Source of the DNA: a virus | Length of the DNA stretch: 64,000 nucleotides | IMG/VR virus record: IMGVR_UViG_3300043788_000169 | Coordinates: 68,502 to 132,501 of that record | Direction: 5' to 3' (one strand) | Part shown: positions 19,897 to 27,602 of the stretch, piece after piece | Layout: each line of letters opens with the position of its first letter | Numbering within the stretch: the first letter of the stretch is position 1 | Made by a program: the position numbers and the translations under genes | Notes under the pieces: generated by a model | The model's database searches: none | Told to the model about the DNA's origin: nothing | What the model saw: the letters and a program-made list of their open reading frames with translations, nothing else

Positions 19897-19942
19897 ACAT
19901 TAACACATCAGGTTGACACGTGTCTACCGACTCTGCTAGGTT
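19897..19942. promoter_or_regulatory. Palindrome copy 3 / bidirectional promoter
   Basis: Palindrome 19912-19927; + TTGACA-N18-TAGGTT; - TAGACA-N18-TAATGT; leader motifs on both sides. Confidence 0.8.
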
Positions 19943-19977
19943 TCTCTCATGACCACAGCCCAGTAAACGGAGGCCAG

Positions 19978-20910
19978 ATGGAAACCTACACGTACGCTGA
20001 CCCGGAGCTGTCGCCCCTGCCCATGCTGTGGGCGTGGCCCGGCTACATCCCGCGGCTGTGCATGACCATGGGATACGGCGAAGGCGGCACCATGAAAGGG
20101 CTGTCGGTCGTCAGCCTGCTGTCGCTGTTCAGCAACGGTCAGGACATGCCGGATGGCAGCCCGAACGGCTTCGGCAAGCCCGTCACCGTGGTCAATATCA
20201 CGGGCGAGGATCTGCGGCGGGAGGGCATGGCATGGCGCTACCGCGCGGCCGGCGCCGACACCCGCAACATCGTGGACCTGAGCACCGACGAGGATGGCAT
20301 GCCGTTCAAGCTGAGCAAGAAAGGTCTCGCCCTCATCCGCGAGGAGATCTGCAAGATCAATGCTCACGAGCCGGGAACCAAATACCAGCACATGGCCGAC
20401 TTCGGGATCTTGTACCTCGATCCCATGATGAGCATCGCGCCGCGGAACGTGTCCCAGAACACGACCTTCCGCTCGGTGCTGCTGGAGCCGCTGGACGCGC
20501 TGTGCTACGAGTTCAAGGCTGCTTGCTGGCTCATGAACCACACCACCAAGGACGGCAAGACCGTGGCCGGCTCGGCCGCCGCGACGCAGGGCCCGCGGAT
20601 GGTGCTCGGCTTCCGGCAGAGTGCCCGCAACCCCACGCACCGTGAGCTGTACCGGTTCAAGACCAACATCACCGAGAACACCCCCGCTCCGGTCCCGTAC
20701 ATGAGCGAGGGCCGGGACACGAGTCTGCGGGTGCGGTGGATGACGGACTCCTGGGAGCAGCGCCGCAGCGGGTCCGGTGTCCTGAGCCGGTACGGCTCGC
20801 GCGCCTCGGAGGCCATGGCCCCCTCGCCAGTCCCGGCCCCGTACGCTGCCCCCATTCCGGAGCCGGCCAGCGTTGGCGAGATGTGGAAGAATCTCCAGTC
20901 CAGCATGTGA
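19978..20910 (+). CDS. AAA_25/RepA-like RecA-fold ATPase with degenerate Walker A
   Basis: LWAWPGYIP, GEGGTMKG, ITGED, ILYLDP, LMNHTTK, GS motifs; start set by CGGAGG leader. Confidence 0.75.
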   Translation: METYTYADPELSPLPMLWAWPGYIPRLCMTMGYGEGGTMKGLSVVSLLSLFSNGQDMPDGSPNGFGKPVTVVNITGEDLRREGMAWRYRAAGADTRNIVDLSTDEDGMPFKLSKKGLALIREEICKINAHEPGTKYQHMADFGILYLDPMMSIAPRNVSQNTTFRSVLLEPLDALCYEFKAACWLMNHTTKDGKTVAGSAAATQGPRMVLGFRQSARNPTHRELYRFKTNITENTPAPVPYMSEGRDTSLRVRWMTDSWEQRRSGSGVLSRYGSRASEAMAPSPVPAPYAAPIPEPASVGEMWKNLQSSM

Positions 20911-20917
20911 GGCAGTC

Positions 20918-21193
20918 ATGGAACGTATGCAGCTTGCCGACGCCCGATCAGGACTCGCGCTGCGTGAGGCTGTGTTCCTTGCGCGCGACCAGCGGCTTAC
21001 GACCGAGATCATCGAGGACGGCGTGGTGATCGCTGTCATCGGGCCAGCGCAGAGCGCGGAGCCGGGACAGGCCGCCCGCGACCAGGCGCCGGATGCGATC
21101 GAGCAGGGCATCGCTGCGGCCAGCCGGCTGAATGCTCAGCTCGGCCTGGAGCTGACCCGTGTCCGCGATCTTGTTGCACAGCAGAGAAGGTAG
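20918..21193 (+). CDS. Phd/YefM-like antitoxin-fold protein
   Basis: MQLADAR..L..AV..AR....T.I...G.VIAVIGP N-terminal pattern. Confidence 0.5.
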   Translation: MERMQLADARSGLALREAVFLARDQRLTTEIIEDGVVIAVIGPAQSAEPGQAARDQAPDAIEQGIAAASRLNAQLGLELTRVRDLVAQQRR

Positions 21194-21201
21194 CTCACCT
21201 G

Positions 21202-21259
21202 GTTGACACGTGTCTACCTAGCACGTAGTGTTAGATCCAATCAGCCCAGCAAACGGAGG
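21202..21259 (+). promoter_or_regulatory. Palindrome copy 4 / promoter + leader
   Basis: Palindrome 21202-21217; TTGACA-N17-TAGTGT; AGCCCAGCAAACGGAGG. Confidence 0.8.
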
Positions 21260-21268
21260 ATGATGCAA

Positions 21269-21817
21269 ATGAAAGGTATCTGGACCAGAAACCACTTCGA
21301 CGTGATTGCTGCGGTGCTGCAGCGTGCTGTCGACACGGCTGACCACATCGAGGGGCCGCAGGGGAGCAGTGCGCACCGCGCGCTGGAGTTCGTGTGCGAG
21401 GCGTTCGTCGCGGTCTTCAACGCTGACAGCGAGCGCTTCCAGCCCGACCGGTTCCGCCAGGCAGCCGGCCTCGACCCCAAGGGCACCGCGGTCCAGCTCG
21501 ATGAGCGGGAGATGTTCTTCTACGAGCACGCCAACTGGGCCGGGAAGTTCGACGGCGAGAGCGCGGCGCATGCCCGCGGCCGCACCGCGATCTTGCTGGC
21601 CGACGCGGAGCGGTGCCTGGAGAAGGCACCGGACACCCGCGTCGAGTGGGAGCGCGACCCTGCAGGCAAGGTCGGCACCGGTTTCTGGGGTGCCTACCTG
21701 TACCAGGGCGGCAGTTTCCTCGGCTCGGACGACGTGGAGCTGACCGGCGACCCGGGGAAGGACTCCATTCGCAAGAGAGTCACCACCGCGGTCCTCGCGC
21801 TGGAGTACCTTGCCTGA
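21269..21817 (+). CDS. Hypothetical protein
   Basis: Start inferred from the leader RBS (alternative ATG 21263). Confidence 0.7.
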   Translation: MKGIWTRNHFDVIAAVLQRAVDTADHIEGPQGSSAHRALEFVCEAFVAVFNADSERFQPDRFRQAAGLDPKGTAVQLDEREMFFYEHANWAGKFDGESAAHARGRTAILLADAERCLEKAPDTRVEWERDPAGKVGTGFWGAYLYQGGSFLGSDDVELTGDPGKDSIRKRVTTAVLALEYLA

Positions 21818-21911
21818 CAGGAGGTGAGTGGACTCCACCTCGGAGCACCAGTTCTGCGCTGCAGGCTGGTGCTCCGCTGTGTGCGAGGGTACTCCGTAAG
21901 GCCGTGGGTAG

Positions 21912-21973
21912 GTTGACACGTGTCTACCGTACCACTACCATGGGGATAGATGAAAGCCCACCGAACGGAGGCC
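21912..21973 (+). promoter_or_regulatory. Palindrome copy 5 / promoter + leader
   Basis: Palindrome 21912-21927; TTGACA-N17-TACCAT; AGCCCACCGAACGGAGGC. Confidence 0.8.
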
Positions 21974-21976
21974 GCC

Positions 21977-22273
21977 ATGACAGCCATACGGGTCACTGTG
22001 GAAGCGATGAAGCATCCGGAGGTGCGGGAAACCCTGGAGGTCGATACTGATCTGCCGCTCCCGCTCACTGCGGACGGGGTAGCGCAGCTCCGGAACTCCC
22101 TGAACGGCCAGAGCAAGGTCACGGCCGTCGCGGGGTCGTTCTGGATTCGCCACGTGCGCGACGAGCACGGCGGCTGCGTGGAGTGCGGCATGCTCGTCTC
22201 CGGCCGGTTCGGCCATGGCCCGTCGTGCTCGGTGCCGACCGGCGGCGAGCCTGCCCCGGTGCTGTTCTCGTGA
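21977..22273 (+). CDS. Hypothetical protein with C-terminal CxxC..H..C
   Basis: Start from leader RBS (upstream in-frame ATG at 21950 also possible). Confidence 0.65.
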   Translation: MTAIRVTVEAMKHPEVRETLEVDTDLPLPLTADGVAQLRNSLNGQSKVTAVAGSFWIRHVRDEHGGCVECGMLVSGRFGHGPSCSVPTGGEPAPVLFS

Positions 22274-22495
22274 GGCCGCACCGCTGCTCGCGCCGGCTGT
22301 GCTTCCGCATCGCCCCGATCTGGGTAGGCGTCCCCGGCACGTGGCCAGCCCCGTCGGCCGTCGGCCGGTGGTCCTGCCGACGGCATGCAGGACGGCTGCG
22401 CACCAAGCTGATCCGCGAGATGAGGAAGCACCACCCGTGGCACTTCCACGGGTGAAGATCCCCGATTATCTGTATCAGCAGAGAGGAGGCAGTTC

Positions 22496-22726
22496 ATGAT
22501 CATTCTTACGGCTGGCGAGCCCGACCTAGGCCGGGCCGAGACCATGCACGAGCTTGCGTGTGCTGCCTACGATGCAGCTCGCGCGGAAGTTCTCCGGCTC
22601 ATCGAAGAGCTGGACGCGACGTACCAGCGGCTGAGTGCGAACACACAGCTTGTCGACACGTCCGCGGTCAACCTCGCGGATACCTGCCAGGCGGCCGGCC
22701 TCACGCCGGTCCTGGAGCCAGCCTAG
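22496..22726 (+). CDS. Hypothetical coiled-coil protein
   Basis: AGGAGG RBS. Confidence 0.6.
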   Translation: MIILTAGEPDLGRAETMHELACAAYDAARAEVLRLIEELDATYQRLSANTQLVDTSAVNLADTCQAAGLTPVLEPA

Positions 22727-22740
22727 GCTGGCACAGCGCT

Positions 22741-22768
22741 CGGGCCCGGGACTAGCTCCCCGGGCCCG
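22741..22768. terminator. Hairpin between convergent genes
   Basis: CGGGCCCGGG / CCCGGGCCCG stem. Confidence 0.65.
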
Positions 22769-22799
22769 TTCGCATGTGTGCAGGACTGTTCGGATCTGT

Positions 22800-23126
22800 T
22801 CAGACCTCCGGCCGGCTCGGCCACGGAAACGCGCGCCGCAGCTCGGTCAGGTCGGTCAGGTCGGGTGGCTCCGGCAGGTCGTATGGTGCCTCGTCCGGCG
22901 TCACGAGCGTGAAGTCCTGTACGTCGATGATCTCGTACCCGGCAGCCTGCGCCTGCGCGGCCGCGTCGTCGCTGTCACGCGCTTGGTAGCTCGGCCCGGT
23001 CCATCCGCTAGGGGACATCACCGTGTACGTCTCCAGGAAGCTCTGCGGGCCGACTGGAGCGGCTTCCTCGTCCGGCTCGCCTGCGGGCTGCATGCGGAGG
23101 AGGTCTTTGGTCTGCTGTGCGTCCAT
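22800..23126 (-). CDS. Acidic hypothetical protein
   Basis: GAGGAG RBS before MDAQQTK. Confidence 0.6.
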   Translation of the reverse strand: MDAQQTKDLLRMQPAGEPDEEAAPVGPQSFLETYTVMSPSGWTGPSYQARDSDDAAAQAQAAGYEIIDVQDFTLVTPDEAPYDLPEPPDLTDLTELRRAFPWPSRPEV

Positions 23127-23130
23127 GCGG

Positions 23131-23415
23131 CTACTCCTCGCCCGTGCAGGTGCCCGCGGCCATCGCAAAGAGCGTGGCGAGGTTGACCTCCGCAACGGGC
23201 TTGCCGTCCTGGTACAGCGTGACGTACATCTCCAGGGCTGGCCAGTCGTAGCCGTGCCGGGTCTGCTCCTCCTCGCCCCAGAAGCCGGCGTTGTCGAAGC
23301 TGTGACCCTGGACCTCTGCGGTCACCTCTCGCTCGTCCGGCTCGTGCCAGTCGGCCCGCATGCCAAGCTCGCGTGCAACGGCCTGCAGCTCGGCCTGTGT
23401 GTGAATCATCTTCAT
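23131..23415 (-). CDS. Hypothetical protein
   Basis: GGAGG RBS; LGMRADWHEPDE motif. Confidence 0.7.
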   Translation of the reverse strand: MKMIHTQAELQAVARELGMRADWHEPDEREVTAEVQGHSFDNAGFWGEEEQTRHGYDWPALEMYVTLYQDGKPVAEVNLATLFAMAAGTCTGEE

Positions 23416-23425
23416 GGGTGCCTCC

Positions 23426-23980
23426 CTACTGCAGCACGATCCGGGTCTTGTCCTCCAGAGCGCTAGGCTCCACGTGGGCCGGGTATTCCGACCCGTCGCG
23501 CGCCCGGACCATCAGCGGAAGGTCACTCTGCAGCGAGGGATCGGTTGCCGGGATGATGATCTCCCCGGACGCTTCGATCTGGTAGGCCGGCGTGGCGGGC
23601 AGAGACACCACGGTGCACATGCTGAAGAGCATGATCCGGAACTCGCCCGCGGCGACCTCCAGGACCGCCGGCGTGCCTTGCGGAGCGTAGGTGCCTGGCG
23701 TCGCACAGCGGCACGGGGTGTCTGGCTGGCTGTCGTGGTAGTGGCCGGCCTCGTCTTCCGGGATGACCCGGCCGATCGACCACGAGCCTTCCGCGAGCAC
23801 GTCTCCGTCTTCGTCCGTCACGGTGATCTCTCCGCCGCTGGCCACGGTCCACGCGCTCATCGGTGGCATGTCGTAGTCAGGACTTAGCGCAACGATGTCC
23901 AGCGCATCGCTCGCGTCGCTGGCCACGATGGTCACGTTCGCGTAGAGCACGCGCTCCAGTCGCACATCAAACTCTGGCAT
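23426..23980 (-). CDS. Acidic hypothetical protein
   Basis: Leader-like ACAACCAGAACGGAAG upstream; operon packing. Confidence 0.65.
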   Translation of the reverse strand: MPEFDVRLERVLYANVTIVASDASDALDIVALSPDYDMPPMSAWTVASGGEITVTDEDGDVLAEGSWSIGRVIPEDEAGHYHDSQPDTPCRCATPGTYAPQGTPAVLEVAAGEFRIMLFSMCTVVSLPATPAYQIEASGEIIIPATDPSLQSDLPLMVRARDGSEYPAHVEPSALEDKTRIVLQ

Positions 23981-24034
23981 GGGTCATCACTTCCGTTCTG
24001 GTTGTGGGGGTTCTCCGGTTGGCCGGAGGCGCGC

Positions 24035-24521
24035 TCAGCGGATCCAGTAGTCGACTCCGCCGAAGCTGACCGAGGTGTAGTCGATCTTGAGTTCGTTGGC
24101 TGCCGCTTCCCAGTCGATGTGATTCAGCGGCCACTGCGCGTTGCGGGAGATCGCGCCGATGTCGCTGGCCAGATCTTCCGCGTAGGTCTCGAAGTAGGAG
24201 TCACGGATCAGGGACTCCCCGTGCTCCCAGTCGGGCGCGTAGCCGGAAGCCTCCCCGGCCAGCTCGCGGAGCTGCTCCAGCTCTTTCCGTCTGGTCCTCG
24301 TCCAGCCCGACCCCGTACTTCTCTGCCTGCTCGCGCAGGCTGGCCAGCTCGGCCGCCTCGTCGTCGGACACCCCCGGGTGTGTCTCCAGTGCGCGCAGTT
24401 CCGCGAGCCGGCGCTCTTGCGCTTCCAGCTCGGACAGCTCTTCGATCCGCGCGATCACGTCGCGGCTGTCAATCAAGTCCTCGTCGTTGGTGATCGGGTC
24501 GGTAGCTGTGATCTCTGCCAT
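24035..24521 (-). pseudogene. ArdA-like acidic antirestriction protein interrupted by a one-base frameshift
   Basis: MAEITATD...DEDQTE, then after one extra A (24284-24286) ELEQLRELAGEASGYAPDWEHGESLIRDSYFETYAEDLASDIG...HIDWEAAANELKIDYTSVSFGGVDYWIR*; span 487 nt = 3n+1. Confidence 0.7.
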
Positions 24522-24528
24522 GTCCATC

Positions 24529-24584
24529 GCCTCCGTTTGCTGGGCTGTGCTCACAGCTTAGCGGATAGGTAGACACGTGTCAAC
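24529..24584 (-). promoter_or_regulatory. Palindrome copy 6 / promoter + leader
   Basis: GTAGACACGTGTCAAC 24569-24584; TTGACA-N17-TAAGCT; nearly identical to 25495-25551. Confidence 0.85.
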
Positions 24585-24620
24585 CAGTTAGGGAACTCCG
24601 GCAGCGGGCATAATGGAGCT

Positions 24621-24785
24621 GTGACCATTCTGGTGCTCAGCCTTCTGGCGCTCGCCTTCCTGTGCCGCCGGCCGATCGGCGCATGGGCGGTGCGCAAGCT
24701 CACGCGCCTGGCGATCAAGCTCCGCCCGTTCGGTATCGCCTATGTGCTGCTGCTCGCGTTTTTCTTTGGTGTCCTGCACGTCTGA
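24621..24785 (+). CDS. Small membrane protein (54 aa, absent from ORF track)
   Basis: GTG 6 nt after CATAAT; MTILVLSLLALAFLC...IAYVLLLAFFFGVLHV*; followed by hairpin. Confidence 0.55.
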   Translation: MTILVLSLLALAFLCRRPIGAWAVRKLTRLAIKLRPFGIAYVLLLAFFFGVLHV

Positions 24786-24816
24786 GGGCCCGCCCAGACG
24801 CATCTAGGCGGGCCCT
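24785..24816. terminator. Hairpin between convergent genes
   Basis: AGGGCCCGCC / GGCGGGCCCT. Confidence 0.6.
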
Positions 24817-24830
24817 GGAGTGCTTGTGCG

Positions 24831-25490
24831 CTACTCCTCGTCGTCCTCGTAGGGCTTGACCTGTGCGCGCTGGTCTCCGTCGAAGAATGCACGGGTCTCC
24901 AGGTTGTTGCTGAGGATCAGGCCAAGGGTGCCGTAGTCGGCCTCCACGGTCCACGTGCCCTCGTAGGGGTCCGAGGCGAACATCACCGTGTCACCCTCGG
25001 AGAACTGGACACCCTCCAGCGGCTTGAGCTTCAGCTCGGTCTCTCCGTCCTCCTGGAACGCGTAGACCTCCGCGCCAATGTCGTCCGTGTTGCCGCGCTC
25101 GTTCTGGTACCACGCGTTGGGGTAGCACCCGGACTCCACCATGAGCTTGGCCAGCTCGTAGGTGGCGATCTCGCGCGTGGGATATCCCGGCTCGCGCCAG
25201 TAGGCCGGGCGGTGCGTGCCTTCCATGACCACGCGGTAGGTGCCGCGGTCCTCGGTCACGTAGGCGTCGAACTCGTCGGGCCGGTCCTCCCAGTCAGCGA
25301 GCATGGCCGACGCGTCCAGCGTGGCATTGGCGAGCGCACCGTGCAGCTCGTCCATGTCGGTATGGAGCCGGCCACACTCAATCTCCACCTCATCCCCGCT
25401 GTCCGTGGTGATCTTGAGGGTGATGGCTCCGTACTCGTCATCGGCGCGAGTGATCTCGAATGATGGGTTGCCGTTCAGTGTGAGCTTCAT
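24831..25490 (-). CDS. Highly acidic hypothetical protein
   Basis: Start MKLTLNG set by leader RBS; D/E-rich. Confidence 0.75.
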   Translation of the reverse strand: MKLTLNGNPSFEITRADDEYGAITLKITTDSGDEVEIECGRLHTDMDELHGALANATLDASAMLADWEDRPDEFDAYVTEDRGTYRVVMEGTHRPAYWREPGYPTREIATYELAKLMVESGCYPNAWYQNERGNTDDIGAEVYAFQEDGETELKLKPLEGVQFSEGDTVMFASDPYEGTWTVEADYGTLGLILSNNLETRAFFDGDQRAQVKPYEDDEE

Positions 25491-25494
25491 GTGC

Positions 25495-25549
25495 GCCTCC
25501 GTTTGTGGGCTGTGCTCACAGCTTAGCGGATAGGTAGACACGTGTCAAC
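25495..25549 (-). promoter_or_regulatory. Palindrome copy 7 / promoter + leader
   Basis: Palindrome 25534-25549; TTGACA-N17-TAAGCT. Confidence 0.85.
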
Positions 25550-25550
25550 C

Positions 25551-25582
25551 AAAAGGCCCCCGGAAGTTAGATCCGGGGGCCT
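25551..25582 (-). terminator. Intrinsic terminator
   Basis: AGGCCCCCGGA / TCCGGGGGCCT stem with AAAA (U-tract on the minus strand). Confidence 0.75.
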
Positions 25583-25598
25583 CCGTAAGGCCGGAGCG

Positions 25599-25994
25599 CT
25601 AGGAGACCAGCGCGAGGAATGGCGCGGTGCTCCGTGGTCGGCGGTACGGTGCGTACTGCCTGACCTGCCTGATGAAGTCAGCGCGTCCCTTGTACTGGCC
25701 GATGATCGCATCCGGGTCGATCTTGAAGAGGTGCGCGATCATCCAGCCGTAGTCATCCCACGACGCGGCGCGTAGCTCGTCGTCCAGCGGGTAGCTGCCG
25801 ATAGTGCGGTGCGCGGTCGGCCTCGTGCCGTGGTGGCTGTAGGCGTAGAACTGCACGCCCTGGCTGTAGCCGGCCAGCCGCGGGCGGAAGTCCCGAACAT
25901 CGTCGGGCCAGATGTCCGCTCCGTTCAGCAGACGCGCCAGGCGGAAAGCCTCGCGCACGTCGTCTGAGGTGATCTTGGTGCTGTAGACCTTCAT
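25599..25994 (-). CDS. Hypothetical protein
   Basis: AASWDDYGW...LF..DPDA.IG.Y....DF motif; leader RBS. Confidence 0.75.
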   Translation of the reverse strand: MKVYSTKITSDDVREAFRLARLLNGADIWPDDVRDFRPRLAGYSQGVQFYAYSHHGTRPTAHRTIGSYPLDDELRAASWDDYGWMIAHLFKIDPDAIIGQYKGRADFIRQVRQYAPYRRPRSTAPFLALVS

Positions 25995-26001
25995 GGGCTT
26001 G

Positions 26002-26064
26002 GCCTCCGTTTAGTGGGCTTGGCTTCCATCACCTATCGAAGCACATTGGTAGACACGTGTCAAC
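26002..26064 (-). promoter_or_regulatory. Palindrome copy 8 + leader
   Basis: Palindrome 26049-26064; -10 box weak or unclear; AGCCCACTAAACGGAGGC. Confidence 0.7.
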
Positions 26065-26100
26065 CACCATAGGGAACTCCGTAAGGCCGCGGGCAGCAAA

Positions 26101-26130
26101 GACCGCCCGTACCGGCAGGCACGAGCGGTC
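26101..26130 (-). terminator. Hairpin terminator
   Basis: GACCGC...GCGGTC stem preceded by AAA. Confidence 0.5.
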
Positions 26131-26160
26131 TCCAGGCCCGATGCAGTTATTCCGAGAGAG

Positions 26161-26439
26161 CTAGGGATAGAACCGGATAGTCGGAACCCCGTTCGCGTCC
26201 CGCTCGGTCACGGTCTCCTCGCGCGGCTCGTAGGCGATCCAGTCTCCGTCGTCAGTGATCGCCCGTACGGGTATCACGTTGCCGGCCGCGTCGGTGGCCA
26301 GCACGAGTCCGGGCCCTAGCACGTCCGCCTCCAGGTAGTAGGTTGCCGACTCAAGGCTGGGCTTAGGCAGGGACAGATGAATCTTGCCATCCCTGCCAGT
26401 GAACGCCGCGACATAGGGGGCTTGGTGTGCAGTGCTCAT
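26161..26439 (-). CDS. Hypothetical protein
   Basis: MSTAHQAP start with GGAG upstream. Confidence 0.55.
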   Translation of the reverse strand: MSTAHQAPYVAAFTGRDGKIHLSLPKPSLESATYYLEADVLGPGLVLATDAAGNVIPVRAITDDGDWIAYEPREETVTERDANGVPTIRFYP

Positions 26440-26466
26440 AGAGATCAGCTCCATTCTCCGATGCAT

Positions 26467-26655
26467 CTATTTTGGCAATAGGCCAAGCTCGCGCATGTCA
26501 TCCATCACCACCCCGAACGGGCTGGAGCCGTCCGGGATCGCTGCCACGCGCCTGGCGAGATCAGTCAGGTACAGCCGCACCGCAAGCGCGTAGGTCTCAG
26601 GCGTGCCGTGGAATTGCCAGGGCACGCGCACGGCCGACTCATCCGTCGCTGCCAT
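26467..26655 (-). CDS. Hypothetical protein
   Basis: AAGGAGG RBS. Confidence 0.6.
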   Translation of the reverse strand: MAATDESAVRVPWQFHGTPETYALAVRLYLTDLARRVAAIPDGSSPFGVVMDDMRELGLLPK

Positions 26656-26998
26656 GCGCCTCCTTGCCGGGCCAGCGCGGCACGTGTGGCCCGTTGCCGG
26701 CCGGATAGCAGTGATCGTCCCCGGACGTGTCGAATACGCGTCCGTCGCTCGCTAGGTGCACGTAGTCACCACAGCCACGACAGGTCACACCAGGGAGGTG
26801 CGGGGATACCTGAATCAGGAACTGTGAGCCGGCCGCATCGGTGTAGATGAAAGACGCGCCCGTGTTCCATTCCTCCGGCTCAGAGCAGCCGCTCAGGATG
26901 AGATCTCCGGTTGACAGCTCTTGCGCGACGGACAGCGCATGCTCTGGTTTGGCCAGCGCGCAGAACTCATCCCACAGGGGATCATGCGGTGTGCTCAC
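26639..26998 (-). CDS. Hypothetical protein with C-terminal CxxC
   Basis: GTG 26998 coupled to the upstream stop; GAGG RBS. Confidence 0.55.
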   Translation of the reverse strand: MSTPHDPLWDEFCALAKPEHALSVAQELSTGDLILSGCSEPEEWNTGASFIYTDAAGSQFLIQVSPHLPGVTCRGCGDYVHLASDGRVFDTSGDDHCYPAGNGPHVPRWPGKEAHGSDG

Positions 26999-27156
26999 AG
27001 CCTCACCCCACGATGCACAGGATGATTGATGGGGGTAGCTCGCAAGCGCCGGCGGGCCCGCTTCTGGAGTTCGTGCCATCCTGGCCACGGTCTCAGCAGA
27101 TACAGCATGTGCCGGCGGCACTCCGGGCAGATCAGGAGGAGCACGAGCGCTGTCAT
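26995..27156 (-). CDS. Small hypothetical protein
   Basis: ATGA coupling at 27156; hydrophobic N-terminus + CPEC. Confidence 0.45.
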   Translation of the reverse strand: MTALVLLLICPECRRHMLYLLRPWPGWHELQKRARRRLRATPINHPVHRGVRL

Positions 27157-27428
27157 GACGCCGGCCGCGGGGGAGCAATCCAGCATCCTGGCTGGCTCGC
27201 GTCGAAACGCTCATACCATGCATCGCTGGCAGCCTCCGCCTGTGCGTGCGCCTCCGCGCTGTCACGCGGCTGTGCGTCAAGCTCAGCCTGCCTAGCTGTG
27301 CGCTGGTGATACGCGAAATTCTGTTCCGCTATCCTGTTGTACGCTCCGCCCTGCGCGACGTGGCCACAAGTGCAGGTGATGAAACGCTCACCTAGCATTG
27401 TCCGGTCGCTGGAAATCTCGTGCTTCAT
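27153..27428 (-). CDS. Hypothetical protein
   Basis: Start MKHEISS from leader RBS; CTCG motif. Confidence 0.65.
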   Translation of the reverse strand: MKHEISSDRTMLGERFITCTCGHVAQGGAYNRIAEQNFAYHQRTARQAELDAQPRDSAEAHAQAEAASDAWYERFDASQPGCWIAPPRPAS

Positions 27429-27435
27429 GGTCCTA

Positions 27436-27542
27436 GCCTCCGTTTGTGGGCTTTGCTGTGTCCTCATTGTCTCATGCCGGTAGACACGTGTCAACCACAG
27501 CCGCGGACCCCCGCACCTCTGCAGGCACGGGGGTCCGCGGCT
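27436..27542 (-). promoter_or_regulatory. Palindrome copy 9 / promoter + leader + upstream hairpin
   Basis: Palindrome 27480-27495; TTGACA-N17-GACAAT; hairpin 27499-27542. Confidence 0.8.
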
Positions 27543-27602
27543 CTAGGTGGCCTCCTAGTCGCGGCCGGCTGTGCCCGCGGGGAGGTCATCCCACGCGGTG
27601 TG

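Noticed and set aside
22651-22665. GTCGACACGT partial palindrome match (also GTGTCTAC near 60801)
   Set aside because: Half matches inside coding sequence with no -10 box
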